Shown in pieces: positions 30,126 to 40,316 of a stretch of 64,000 nucleotides of DNA. Each line of letters opens with the position of its first letter. Within the stretch, counting starts at the first letter, position 1. The DNA comes from an uncultured delta proteobacterium (lineage in GTDB: Bacteria > Desulfobacterota > Syntrophobacteria > BM002), in assembly GCA_963712115.1 (NCBI GenBank), contig CAVQGX010000020.1, forward strand, positions 1 to 64,000. The letters run 5' to 3'. A program made the translations under genes and the position numbers. The notes beneath the pieces were generated by a model. That model did not search any database, was not told the origin of the DNA, and saw nothing but the letters and a program-made list of their open reading frames with translations.

Positions 30126-30695
30126 ATGAAGAGCAACCCCCGGTTTATATATGTCATACCCTTGGGGGATATGAGTGAGGAATATCTGGAAGCTATCGCG
30201 GAGAGCATAGAGGAACAGTTCGGGCTACCAGTCAAAATCACCCCCAATCACGGGGTTCCCCATTACGCCTTGGATGTTGCCCGACAGCAGTACAATTCCA
30301 ATATGATCCTACAAAAATTAATAAGTGAGGCTGCACCAGACGGCCTAAAAATCCTGGGCGTTACCAACGTTGATTTGTTCAACCCCATCTTTGCTTACGT
30401 GTTTGGAGAGGCCCAGTTCAAAGGCAAGGGTGCAGTGATTTCCAGTTATAGACTCATTGGGAATCCTGAAAATCAATCGAGAGCGGGCTGTCCTCCCCTC
30501 TTAAATCGCCTGGAAAAAGAGGCCATACACGAATTAGGCCATACCTTCGGCCTGAAACACTGTGCTGACCCAGACTGCGTCATGCAATACTCTGTTGGGC
30601 TGGAGTGCGCCGACAGAAAATTCTCTTTCTTCTGCCCGGCATGTCGGGACCTCATGCTGTGGCACCTCGGTACAGACATATTTCTCACCGTGTAG
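30126..30695 (+). CDS. Archaemetzincin-family zinc metalloprotease
   Basis: HELGHTFGLKHC.DPDCVM..FCPAC. Confidence 0.9.
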   Translation: MKSNPRFIYVIPLGDMSEEYLEAIAESIEEQFGLPVKITPNHGVPHYALDVARQQYNSNMILQKLISEAAPDGLKILGVTNVDLFNPIFAYVFGEAQFKGKGAVISSYRLIGNPENQSRAGCPPLLNRLEKEAIHELGHTFGLKHCADPDCVMQYSVGLECADRKFSFFCPACRDLMLWHLGTDIFLTV

Positions 30696-30748
30696 CCCGG
30701 ATTTTTTGCCATTAGTGAAATATGCGGACTCGTCCGATAAAATCACTC

Positions 30749-31233
30749 ATGCAGTCTTATTCCACAGTGTGGATTTCCTCGCCATCACAAATGGTGATAT
30801 TGACCACACCTCGGGTAGGCTAGTACGGTTTCCAGCCTGAAGTAATCCTTCCTCTTTTAGCTACCTTTTACAATTTTTATTTAGTGATCACGCAAAGATA
30901 ACCGCTGCGCTCCTTTTTTACCCGGATGTTTAATGAATTGCTGTCGCGAGACCACGAAGATGGGCGTGCCACCTGGCAACCGCAGGGTGTTGGTCTCGAG
31001 GCGTACCTGAACGGTACGTCGCAGGGGCCGACACGTGAGGACGCCAGGAAGGACGGCCATATCCGTGGTCGCAGCAGGTGATTCATGAAACATCCGGGTT
31101 AAGGACTACGACACACTTAAATTATGCGTGGTATTTATCAACAGCATGTGTCATTTTCCCTCATATCGAAATTTTCTTGTAATATCAACTCGTTTGACAT
31201 TGAAAAGCATATTTGATGTAGATATTCACCACA
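30749..31233. promoter_or_regulatory. Cluster of imperfect TGT-N11-ACA palindromes, candidate enhancer sites
   Basis: tgcagtcttattccaca, tgtggatttcctcgcca, tggtgatattgaccaca, cgtggtatttatcaaca, tgtagatattcaccaca upstream of a sigma54 promoter. Confidence 0.5.
30920..31099. mobile_element. 180-bp MITE-like element, copy 2
   Basis: Aligns end to end with 14129-14308; ends ACCCGGATG / CATCCGGGT. Confidence 0.8.
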
Positions 31234-31309
31234 CTTCTAGTAATTTGCGGGCACTGAGCCTTGTAGAAAATAATAAGTATTTACAGCTAGTTAGGCAAAA
31301 GAACGAGAA

Positions 31310-31325
31310 TGGCACAGCCCTTGCT
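31310..31325 (+). promoter_or_regulatory. Sigma54 -24/-12 promoter
   Basis: TGGCAC-AGCCC-TTGCT matches consensus, 67 nt before ATG 31393. Confidence 0.85.
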
Positions 31326-31392
31326 CATAATAAAGGCAAAACCTGGAAGCACTGATTAATTTTAATATCTATATTTCAAAGGAGGTTTCGCC

Positions 31393-32322
31393 ATGGCAGA
31401 GAAAAGTAAGATGTCAGTTTTTAAGTCCGTGCCCAATGGTGAGGAAAAGTGTATCTGGATGGAGGCCGGAGTCATTGATTACAAGTTGTGTAACTATTAC
31501 TACAACTGTCACGAGTGTCCTTTCGATAAGGCCATGAAACAGACCGTCGATAAGAATGCGGCGGTGCGACTCCAGGGCCTGGAACCCACTGGCAAGAAAG
31601 CGAACATTATTTCCTGGCAGGAGAAAATGAAAAGGCGGCCAGGGCTACAGCGTGAGTGCCGGCACACTTTAACCGGCAGGACTAGTTTCCGGCTCTGCCC
31701 ATATGAGTATGAGTGCTCCACCTGTGAGTTTGACCAGATGCTGGAAGATAGCTGGCAGTTGCAAATTCCAGCTCGCATAAGCAACATCGCCCGGGTGGAC
31801 GGCTATGGACTCCCTGTGGGACATTTCTTCCACATGGGACATGCCTGGGCTCGGGTTGAGCATGGTGGTCGCATCCGCATTGGACTGGACGACTTCGCCT
31901 TGAAAGTTTTTGGGGCCATGGATTCTTTAGATCTGCCGCTGACCGGTGAGGAGGTCAAGTTTAGCGAGGTCGGTCTTGCCTTTAAGAGGGGTGGCAGGGA
32001 AGCTCAAGCGCTTTCTCCTCTCACGGGTGTGGTTGCCGCGGTTAATTATCAGGTAACCAAAAAGCCTCATGTGATCAAAGAGGAGCCTTACAATGATGGC
32101 TGGTTGATGGTTCTTGACCCCTCAGAGATGAAGAAAGACCTGAAGAATCTTCTCTATGGTCAGGAAAGTACCGAGTGGATCCAAGGGGAACATCAAAAAT
32201 TAGTGGAGATGGTCAGTGCAGTGGGGATGACCTACGCAGACGGTGGCCCCATTGATGACGTTGTCGGCAATATGCCAGACCTCTCTTGGGATAAATTGAC
32301 CCAGGAGTTTCTGCGAACTTAG
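31393..32322 (+). CDS. GcvH-like protein with two N-terminal Cys4 repeats and no lipoyl lysine
   Basis: HAWARVE..RIGLDDFA..SPLTGVVAAVN..EPYNDGWL H-protein fold; AAGGAGG RBS. Confidence 0.85.
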   Translation: MAEKSKMSVFKSVPNGEEKCIWMEAGVIDYKLCNYYYNCHECPFDKAMKQTVDKNAAVRLQGLEPTGKKANIISWQEKMKRRPGLQRECRHTLTGRTSFRLCPYEYECSTCEFDQMLEDSWQLQIPARISNIARVDGYGLPVGHFFHMGHAWARVEHGGRIRIGLDDFALKVFGAMDSLDLPLTGEEVKFSEVGLAFKRGGREAQALSPLTGVVAAVNYQVTKKPHVIKEEPYNDGWLMVLDPSEMKKDLKNLLYGQESTEWIQGEHQKLVEMVSAVGMTYADGGPIDDVVGNMPDLSWDKLTQEFLRT

Positions 32323-32343
32323 GCTAAGCTGGTCCTAGAAAGC

Positions 32344-32381
32344 AAAACCCGGCTGGAACGGATGTTCCCGCCGGGTTTTTT
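32344..32381 (+). terminator. Intrinsic terminator (possibly bidirectional)
   Basis: AAAACCCGGC..GCCGGGTTTTTT. Confidence 0.75.
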
Positions 32382-32475
32382 GTTCTTGTATAACCGCCGA
32401 GAGCGCAGAGCAGAAACCTATTGAATCTTCTCAGCGTTCTCTGCGCGCTCCGCGGTAGAATACTGCGTTATGCGA

Positions 32476-32724
32476 TTAGCGCAGAGCGCCCTCCCACTCC
32501 CCTTCTTTCCAACTAGCGGCGTCAGACAGCTCGTAGAGTAACTGAACCGCCTTTTCGTCCCTACGTTCGAAGGCCTGATCGCGAATAAAGCTGTACATCT
32601 CTTTGGTGACCTCGTCTTTGCTCTTGGCAGACTTTTTTTCGAAAATGCAATAGGAAAGATAGGACTCGAAATCACTGACTGTGGGCTCGTTTTTACATCT
32701 TTCAAAAAACGCCTTGAATTCCAT
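32476..32724 (-). CDS. Hypothetical protein
   Basis: 82-aa ORF with GGGAGG RBS. Confidence 0.6.
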   Translation of the reverse strand: MEFKAFFERCKNEPTVSDFESYLSYCIFEKKSAKSKDEVTKEMYSFIRDQAFERRDEKAVQLLYELSDAASWKEGEWEGALR

Positions 32725-32928
32725 AAAACCTCCCAGGTGAAGAACAGACGGCCAATTGCTTTCCTTTGGCGAGTATAGCAGAAAGGCAAGTAGGTCTAAA
32801 GAAAAAACCCGCTAAAAAGAACAGCTGGCAGCGGGCAGAAAAAGTTTTGTCTAGTGTTATTATCCATCGATAGCTGCTCCCTGCCTGCTGCCCGCCTGTC
32901 CCGAGCGAAGTCGCGGGGCTGCTTGCTG

Positions 32929-32963
32929 AAAAAAAAGCCCCTAGCCTGGAAAGACTAAGGGCT
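32929..32963 (-). terminator. Intrinsic terminator after HdrD-like gene
   Basis: GC-rich AGCCC..GGGCT stem followed by a T-run on the minus strand. Confidence 0.65.
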
Positions 32964-32989
32964 CACTGTAGACACATCTTCTTAAATAA

Positions 32990-34207
32990 TTACTCGTCCA
33001 CTCCTTCGATCACTAGAGAATCTGCCACCAGTTCCCATAGGTACTTAACTTCCACATCCATCATGTCATACTCTTTGCGCAGACTCTTCATGATCTGGTC
33101 GCGGCAGTTGTGACAGGGGGCAATAAGCATTTCGGCTGCCGTATCCCTTATTTGTTTGGCCTTCACCCGGCCATAATAAATGCGCTCCTCAGCATAGGGC
33201 ATGGCCCAGGCACCACCACCTGCACCGCAGCAGAAGTTATTAACCTTGCTGGGGTACATTTCCACGTAGTTTTCCACGCACTGTTGCACAATCCATCGGG
33301 GCTCTTCGTAGTAACCATGACCGAAAGTGCGTTCGCTCTTCCGCGCATAGTTGCAGGGATCATGGTATGTGGTTAGCTCTGGATGTTTAGACTTGTCAAT
33401 CTTTATGCGTCCGGTTTCGATATATTCTTTCAACAGATCGTGTACACTCATGAATTTGACGCCCTCATCAGCGAACCAATTCTGCAGACCAAGCCTGGTC
33501 GCAAAGTAGGCGTGACCTCACTCCGGTAAGAGGAGATACTCACATTCAAGTTTCTTATAGTTCTCCACAATTCTCCGGACGACTTCTTTCATGGAAGCAT
33601 CATCGCCGGTGAAGAGTCCCCAGTTGACCCCTTCCCAGTTTTCCGAGGTGGTGGTCCAGGATTCCTTGGCCGCGTAGAAAATCTTCCACCAGAAAAACAT
33701 ATCCTCCGGCTCGGCAAAGGGTTCCTTGGAGTTGATGGTCACCATAATCCTGGCACCTTTCTTGTCCACCGGCACCTCGAAACCGGGCAACTCTTCGGCC
33801 AGCTCAACTCCAAGATCTTCCAGCAGGAAAAGGTAATCCTCTTTGGGGATGCCCACGTTGTTACCTGATGCCAAACACTGCACCACACCTTTGTGCAAGA
33901 CTCCCGGAACCTTGTCCCTTTCCCGATGCGTCCGGGCGGACCGCATCATCTTATTGAGGTCGATGTTCATGGGACAGCCGTGCTCGCAGCGGGCACACAG
34001 GGTGCAAATCCAAGGAAAACGAGAATCAATCAGTTCCTGGTCCAAACCCAGCAGGGCCATGCGCACTGCCTTCCGCATGTCCATACCGTCCACCCCTGTA
34101 ACCGGGCAGCCACCGGCACAGGTGCCGCATGTGAGGCAAAGATCGGGATATTCTCCCGCCAGCCTCCGCTTTTCTCTTTTATCCAAAACCAGCGGTTCAG
34201 ATTGCAT
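32990..34207 (-). CDS. Selenocysteine-containing HdrD-like (Fe-S + CCG domain) protein, 405 aa, UGA at 33518-33520
   Basis: ORFs 33518-34207 and 32990-33451 are in frame through LPE-TGA-GHAYFATRLG; paralog at 36490 has TECGHA. Confidence 0.88.
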
Positions 34208-34237
34208 TAGATCCCTCCTTGAAGAGTTATTCTAATT

Positions 34238-34843
34238 TTATTGCGGTGAGGCTATTCCCTCTAAATAGCGGGTGATTGCGCCGTCATACTCATGGGTTAA
34301 CCGATAGACTTTCTTGGCCAGCCGAAATCGGCTCTCAAGGCTTAACTGCCCTCCTTTAGCGGTCATCTCTTCGATTATGGGACCATAATCTCCCGGGTCA
34401 ACCACCACGGCCACATCCCGGTAATTCTTGGCCGCAGCACGCAGCATGGTGGGACCGCCTATGTCGATATTCTCCACTGCCTGCTCCAGGGTGCAGTCAT
34501 CTCTGGCCACGGTCTTCTCAAATGCATAAAGATTTACTACCACCATGTCAATGACCTTTAGATGGTGGGCAGCCATGGTTTTCATGTGCTCTGGATTATG
34601 CCGCTGTGCCAGGATGCCGGCATGAACTTTAGGGTGAAGGGTCTTCACCCGCCCATCAAGCATTTCGGGAAACCCGGTAAAATCAGATACATCTTGCACG
34701 GTAACTCCACCCTCTCTGAGCATGCGAGCCGTGCCACCAGTGGACAGAATTTCCACCCCTAATGCCTGGAGCTTTTGAGCGAATTCAACCAGACCGGATT
34801 TATCAGTCACACTTAAAATCGCCCGTTGGATTTTGCGCTCCAT
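34238..34843 (-). CDS. IMP cyclohydrolase (PurH N-terminal domain only)
   Basis: [35 protein letters not shown]; stops before transformylase domain. Confidence 0.88.
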   Translation of the reverse strand: MERKIQRAILSVTDKSGLVEFAQKLQALGVEILSTGGTARMLREGGVTVQDVSDFTGFPEMLDGRVKTLHPKVHAGILAQRHNPEHMKTMAAHHLKVIDMVVVNLYAFEKTVARDDCTLEQAVENIDIGGPTMLRAAAKNYRDVAVVVDPGDYGPIIEEMTAKGGQLSLESRFRLAKKVYRLTHEYDGAITRYLEGIASPQ

Positions 34844-34932
34844 CAAATCCTCCTTAATCTTCATGGCGGATGATCTTTCTACGCCATTCCCACCCTTAGG
34901 TTGTTCTTCGCAATTTTTATGCCTACGCAGAG

Positions 34933-35703
34933 TCAGGCCGCCTTATCAAGTAAAAGCCTGGTGAAAACTTCGTTGGCCGCCTGGAGAGCCACTGATTCCG
35001 GCGGCAGCTCCATGGTGGGCTTCCCTTCCAGATCGAACTGGTAGATGAGATCATCTTCAGGAATGGTGCTCATTGAGTTGGGATCGAATAGTTCCGTCTC
35101 CTTGGCGACCAATTTCTCCAGCTTGTCCTTGTATTGATTAACCAAAAGGTATTTCCGTCCCACTCTGATGTTAAGTTCGTCCACCAGGTCATAAATCCTT
35201 CGGGCTGAAAGAATACCTCGCCGACTGGTATCACTCACCACCAGAAGCAAATCAATGTCTTTAGTAGTAAGCCGGCTAAAATGCTCCATCCCGGCCTCAT
35301 TGTCAACAACCAGATAGGGGTAGTTGTACATCAACCGTTCGATGAAGGTGCTGAGCAGGTTATTGGCGGCACAATAGCACCCCGGCCCTTCGGGACGACC
35401 CATGACTATGAGATCGAATCCTTTGGCCTCCACCAGGGCCTGCTCAACCTTCATCTCCATCCACATATCCTTAGTCATTCCCACCGGGACATCTTTTTTC
35501 ATCATCTCCCTGGCCTCCCCAAGTGTCTCTTCCACTTTGAGGCCAAGCACCTCATTTAAATTGGAATTTGAATCAGCATCCACTGCCAAAATCGGGCTCA
35601 TGTCGTGCTCTTTAAGAAAGCGAATAAGCAGCCCGGCAAGGGTGGTCTTGCCGGTTCCGCCTTTCCCTGCCAAGGCAATAGTGTATCCCTGTTTTTTCGC
35701 CAT
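34933..35703 (-). CDS. CooC/AcsF-type nickel-insertion ATPase
   Basis: [29 protein letters not shown]. Confidence 0.9.
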   Translation of the reverse strand: MAKKQGYTIALAGKGGTGKTTLAGLLIRFLKEHDMSPILAVDADSNSNLNEVLGLKVEETLGEAREMMKKDVPVGMTKDMWMEMKVEQALVEAKGFDLIVMGRPEGPGCYCAANNLLSTFIERLMYNYPYLVVDNEAGMEHFSRLTTKDIDLLLVVSDTSRRGILSARRIYDLVDELNIRVGRKYLLVNQYKDKLEKLVAKETELFDPNSMSTIPEDDLIYQFDLEGKPTMELPPESVALQAANEVFTRLLLDKAA

Positions 35704-35824
35704 TTGTAATCCTGAGTAGACTATCTTAGTTAATCGCCCCCCAAGGGGAGAGTAGATTAATTCTATTTTAAATTAGTTTCACCCCTAACCAGATATATTT
35801 ATCACCTTTTACAATCATTGAGGT

Positions 35825-36313
35825 TTACGCTGCTACCCCTTTTTTCTTCGGATGGCATTCGCCACAGGTTACCGGGCCCGACTGCTTTTTATCCTTAGAG
35901 ACCTGTCGGTGGCAACCTGTGCACATTCGATGGTATGCCTGCTGCAAATTACGTTTGGTCGGGTCCAAATCAGGCTTAAATTGGAAGCCGGTCTCATTTT
36001 TGTGGCATGAAGAACACTTTATGCCCTCAGCGTCTTCTTCAAGCTCCGCCTCATCCACAATGTTTTCTCCACCCTTGAACCGGTGGTGACAATCGCTGCA
36101 CTCGATTTCGGCATCGATATGTTGTATGTGAGGAAAGGCCACCGGTGGCCGGCTACGATCAGTAAATACCGACTGGTCATCCAATAAAATATCTTCTGGC
36201 TGGGCGTCGAGATTGACCGCCCACAAGAGGCTTCCGATGCCCAGAATCAACATGCAAACCAGAAAATGTCCCCGTCTCATGGCTCGTCTCCCTGGTTGTG
36301 ACACTCTTGCCAA
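35825..36313 (-). CDS. Tetraheme class III cytochrome c3 (TmcA-like; start may be 36280)
   Basis: Signal peptide, four CXXCH, FPH..H. Confidence 0.9.
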   Translation of the reverse strand: MARVSQPGRRAMRRGHFLVCMLILGIGSLLWAVNLDAQPEDILLDDQSVFTDRSRPPVAFPHIQHIDAEIECSDCHHRFKGGENIVDEAELEEDAEGIKCSSCHKNETGFQFKPDLDPTKRNLQQAYHRMCTGCHRQVSKDKKQSGPVTCGECHPKKKGVAA

Positions 36314-36334
36314 TGATCACCTGGAAAAAGACTA

Positions 36335-36458
36335 AACCACAGAAATCACTGAGCGATGCAATTTCAGATTCTTGATTGTAGATTGCAGATTGCAAAATCT
36401 TCTAGTCCCTACTTGGGTCAATCTCCAATCTCAAAATCTCAAATATCTCTCTGTGGTT
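36335..36458. repeat. Copy of the 24081 repeat family
   Basis: AACCACAGA...GATTGTAGATTGCAGATTG...CTCTGTGGTT. Confidence 0.7.
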
Positions 36459-36489
36459 ACCTCCCCTTTGTTGCTTACTTATCCTTGGT

Positions 36490-37788
36490 TTACTCCTCGT
36501 CTTCGTCCTCTTCCTTAGCCTTGAGTTCTTCCGGAATAATCAGAGCCTCTTCAAACATTTCTTTGAAAGAGAGCACCTTGATTCCCAGTTCATGCTCCTT
36601 GTTCAAGTCCCTTATCTGATCGTAACAGTTGTGGCATGGAGTTATGCAGATGCTTGCGCCGGTGGCCCTAATTTGCTCCGCTTTCACTTTACCGGAGCGC
36701 AACCGTCTCTCCCTGAAAGCTCCGGCCATGGGGATGGCACCACCACCGCCGCCGCAACAGTAGTTGTAGTCACCGTGGGGCTCCATTTCCACAAAATCCT
36801 CGCAGAGATATTTGATGATTTCCCGGGCATCCTGACCGCAGCCACCGTTACGGCTGACATTACAGGGATCCTGGTAGGTACAGCGCTCGTTGGCAAAAAC
36901 ACTCTTGTCCAGCTTAATCCGCCCTTCTCGCAAATATTCGGCAAAAAGGGAAACACTGTGCACTACTTGGAATTTGTGATCCCGTCCCAACCAGACGGGT
37001 GATTCAAATTTCAGCGACCGCAGGGCATGGCCACATTCGGTAACCACCACGCGCTTGACCTCCAACTCCTCTGCCGCGTCCCGCACCATCTGGGCAATCT
37101 TGGAAGCTGCAGCAAAGTCACCCATAAACATAGCCAAATTGGTCACATCCCACCCTTTACGGGACATGGTCCAGTCTGCACCGGCAAGGTAGAAAACCAT
37201 AGCGGCCTGGGAAATGTCCATGGGGTAAAACTTGGGTTCTCTGGCGTTCACCACGTAAAGGAAATCAGCTCCTTTCTTGTCGATGGGAATGGTGGCGCCA
37301 GGCAGTTCCTCTTGCAGTTCTTCCTCCATCCACTGTAGAGTATCTACCCACTCCTCCTCGGTTACGGCCATCTGATTGCCAGAGGCAAGATGACTCTCTA
37401 CCGCCTTTAGCAAGTGCTCGGGCACCTTACCTTGAGTCACGGATAGACTACGCGCCATACTTATGATGCTGGCCACGTCAATTCCGAAGGGACAAAACAT
37501 GGTGCAGCGACGGCACATGGTACACTCACCATATATGGTCTCATAAAAATCATCGAGTTTGTCCTCGTCGAGATTATTCTTCTTTTTAATGGTTTCCAGC
37601 ACCTTCTTGGCCTTGTAAGCAGGGATCATTTCGGGTTTTTTATCGTTGGACAAATAGAAATGGCAGGCGTCAGAGCAAAGGCCGCAATGGGCACAGATTT
37701 CCAACCACATTTTGAGTCGGGCATTGCTCTTTTCCTCTGCGCCCTTTTTAAAGACTTCTGGGTTAAAGGCTGTTGCTTTGTTTCCCAT
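36490..37788 (-). CDS. TmcB/HmcF-like Fe-S CCG-domain protein
   Basis: CAHCGLCSDAC, CTMCRRCTMFCP, ECGH, DPC, CCGGGGG, CHNC. Confidence 0.88.
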   Translation of the reverse strand: MGNKATAFNPEVFKKGAEEKSNARLKMWLEICAHCGLCSDACHFYLSNDKKPEMIPAYKAKKVLETIKKKNNLDEDKLDDFYETIYGECTMCRRCTMFCPFGIDVASIISMARSLSVTQGKVPEHLLKAVESHLASGNQMAVTEEEWVDTLQWMEEELQEELPGATIPIDKKGADFLYVVNAREPKFYPMDISQAAMVFYLAGADWTMSRKGWDVTNLAMFMGDFAAASKIAQMVRDAAEELEVKRVVVTECGHALRSLKFESPVWLGRDHKFQVVHSVSLFAEYLREGRIKLDKSVFANERCTYQDPCNVSRNGGCGQDAREIIKYLCEDFVEMEPHGDYNYCCGGGGGAIPMAGAFRERRLRSGKVKAEQIRATGASICITPCHNCYDQIRDLNKEHELGIKVLSFKEMFEEALIIPEELKAKEEDEDEE

Positions 37789-37833
37789 TAATCTCTCCTC
37801 AAAAAAATTGTCGTGGACAGGAGATTCCCACCG

Positions 37834-38484
37834 CTACCAGGAAGGAGCGCTTCGCCTGCCGAATTCCATACCAGTCACCGCCCTGGAGAAGAAAAACATG
37901 AGAAAATGGCTCAACTTGGTGAAGGGAATAACCACCAACATGAGCTCTCCAAAAAACATGTGCAAAATAAGCACGGTATTATAATCAAAATATTGGTGGT
38001 AGGCGAGATAACCGGTAACGAAGGGGGCCAAGGTCACTCCTAAAAGCACATAATCGGCCGTTGTGGTTACCACCCGTACGTAAGGCAGGAAAATGCGGCG
38101 CAAGGCCAGGAAGATACCGCAGCCGATAGTGATAAGGGTCATGTAATCGGCAGCCGTCTCTGGGAGGGACCACCAGCTTATCTCCCAGGACTCGTACCAG
38201 AGAACCCCGTGGGCCAGCAGGAAAAGAGGCGTCACCAGCAAGCAGAAGTGAAATATAAACCCGACTGCAGTGGTGATAGGGTTTTTCTTGGCCGTCTCAT
38301 TAAGAGGAACAATCCAATGAAAGATAGAGAGCCAGAGCCATTTCCAACTGAAAAACCGGTATATGGGCTTATCTTTCTTGGTGCTCACGGTGAAGAAAAG
38401 GATAACCCTCACCACCATACCACCGATAAACACCCCAAAAGCCAACCAGAGCAAGGGTCCCCGCAACAATTCATACAGGCTCAT
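37834..38484 (-). CDS. TmcC/NarI-like cytochrome b membrane subunit
   Basis: GPLLW, FH..H, HMFFGEL..PFTKLSH. Confidence 0.85.
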   Translation of the reverse strand: MSLYELLRGPLLWLAFGVFIGGMVVRVILFFTVSTKKDKPIYRFFSWKWLWLSIFHWIVPLNETAKKNPITTAVGFIFHFCLLVTPLFLLAHGVLWYESWEISWWSLPETAADYMTLITIGCGIFLALRRIFLPYVRVVTTTADYVLLGVTLAPFVTGYLAYHQYFDYNTVLILHMFFGELMLVVIPFTKLSHFLMFFFSRAVTGMEFGRRSAPSW

Positions 38485-38617
38485 GGGTTTCTCCTCTCGA
38501 TTTCGGAGCTACTGCCTGGTGAATCCTAATTGAGGTTCGATTAAAAGGTTGCAATCAAAAATCCAATACCAGTTGGTAAGATCGATTGCCGCTCAAAGGG
38601 GTCTAGATTATGTTTTT

Positions 38618-39544
38618 CTATGACACTTCCGGTCGAGGTAGCAAGCCGGCAGCGGAGACGATCTCCTCTACCCTCTCTTCCCACTCGATGGCCATGACGT
38701 GCACACCGGCAATGCCTTTCAGTTCCTTCATTTCCTCGATCTGCTCGACGGCGATTTTAATGCCTTCATCACCTTGTTTCTTTTTATCCACTCCTTTGAG
38801 TCGCTCGATGTAACTTTCCGGCACATCCAAGCCCGGGACAAATTTCTGCATGTACCTGGCCATGCCCACAGATTTCAGGGGGGTAATTCCCGCCATTACG
38901 TAACATTTCTCGGTAAGTCCCTGGTCGTAGGCCTGCTGCATGTAGGTGCGAAATTTTTCCATGTTGTAGATGCACTGAGTCTGGACAAAGTCCACCCCCG
39001 CATCTATCTTCTTCTTGAGGCGGGTTACCCGGAACTCAAAGGGATCGGCAAAGGGATTGACGGCCGCACCGATAAAGTATTGGGGAATCCCTTCGCACTC
39101 ATGGTCATTGATGAGCTTGCCCTCGTCCCGCATTTTCTTCAGCACCGCAATGAGCTGAATTGAGTCGATGTCAAAGACGTTCTTGGCCTGAGGGTGATCG
39201 CCGAACTTCTGATGGTCACCTGAGAGACAAAGGACGTTTTTAATGCCCAGAGCTGAGGCGCCTAGTAAATCTGCCTGAATGGCCAGCCGATTGCGGTCCC
39301 TACAGACCATTTGCAAATTGGGCTCGATCCCCATATCCAGCAGCAGCCGACAAACGGCCATACTCGCCATACGCACCACCGCAGTCTGATTGTCGGTGAC
39401 ATTGACTGATTCAACCATACCCTTGAGATATTTGGCCTTCTCGTGAATGTGGTGCGCATCCGCACCCCGGGGCGGCCCCAATTCACCGGTGACCGCAAAG
39501 TGACCCGCGGCAAAGACCTTTTCTAATTTGCTACCTGCTTTCAT
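38618..39544 (-). CDS. metF: Methylenetetrahydrofolate reductase
   Basis: ELGPPRG, VTDN, CRDRNR, QTQ. Confidence 0.94.
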   Translation of the reverse strand: MKAGSKLEKVFAAGHFAVTGELGPPRGADAHHIHEKAKYLKGMVESVNVTDNQTAVVRMASMAVCRLLLDMGIEPNLQMVCRDRNRLAIQADLLGASALGIKNVLCLSGDHQKFGDHPQAKNVFDIDSIQLIAVLKKMRDEGKLINDHECEGIPQYFIGAAVNPFADPFEFRVTRLKKKIDAGVDFVQTQCIYNMEKFRTYMQQAYDQGLTEKCYVMAGITPLKSVGMARYMQKFVPGLDVPESYIERLKGVDKKKQGDEGIKIAVEQIEEMKELKGIAGVHVMAIEWEERVEEIVSAAGLLPRPEVS

Positions 39545-40215
39545 TGTTTTAGATCCTCCCTTACCATCTTGCGAGGTCCGCCATCGCGGCTTGAGGTCCA
39601 GTCTTTGAACATCACCACTTTGCCCATTTTGTCCAGCTGTCCTAAACGGCTCATGCGCTCATAAATGAGATGCCAGACGCAGTCCGTCTCAGGACTGATC
39701 TCACATTTCCCCTTAGCAGAACCGCCGCAGGGGCCGTTCATTAGACTCTTGGCACAGCGGGCTATAGGGCAGAGACTGCCGAAGTTGTGAATGCCGCATG
39801 AACCGCAGGCCTGGCAAAACTCGGCCCACACTCCGTGCTCGAGGGCGCCGCCGATAAAGGTGGTGTTGAGACAGGGATATACCAGAACATCCTCGTAGCG
39901 CTTGGCAATGTACTGCGGTCCCACACTGCAGGCCATGGACAGAACCGCATCGTACTTGTTGCTGGCCAGCGGTTCTGCCAATTGGTCAATGTACTCGGGG
40001 TCGCACTGGCGCTCCAAGGTGATCTCGTCTATCTCAATCTCGCGGCCCTCTTTCTTGCGGGCAATCTTCAAGGCGGTGGCCAGAATGCCCACTTCCTTCT
40101 GGCCTCCTGAACAACAAACGGTTACACATCCTTTACACCCGGTGAGCAGAACCTTGTCAAAGTCCGCCACCATAGCCAGAATCTCTTCAATCGGTTTTTG
40201 TTCCGCCACAACCAT
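39541..40215 (-). CDS. metV: MetV (MTHFR Fe-S/Zn partner subunit)
   Basis: CQACGSC..CPIARCAKSLMNGPCGG..CE..CVW; ATGA overlap with metF. Confidence 0.9.
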   Translation of the reverse strand: MVVAEQKPIEEILAMVADFDKVLLTGCKGCVTVCCSGGQKEVGILATALKIARKKEGREIEIDEITLERQCDPEYIDQLAEPLASNKYDAVLSMACSVGPQYIAKRYEDVLVYPCLNTTFIGGALEHGVWAEFCQACGSCGIHNFGSLCPIARCAKSLMNGPCGGSAKGKCEISPETDCVWHLIYERMSRLGQLDKMGKVVMFKDWTSSRDGGPRKMVREDLKQ

Positions 40216-40316
40216 TGGCTAGTACCTCCTTGCCGGCCCTCAGCACAGCCTGCCAACCGGCAGCCTGAATTACGCCTAAAACCTTAATGGCCGCCCAAAG
40301 GGAAATGGTAAAATCC

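Noticed and set aside
33452-33520. Apparent nonsense mutation splitting the HdrD-like gene
   Set aside because: TGA sits at a conserved Cys with a downstream hairpin, so Sec recoding fits better
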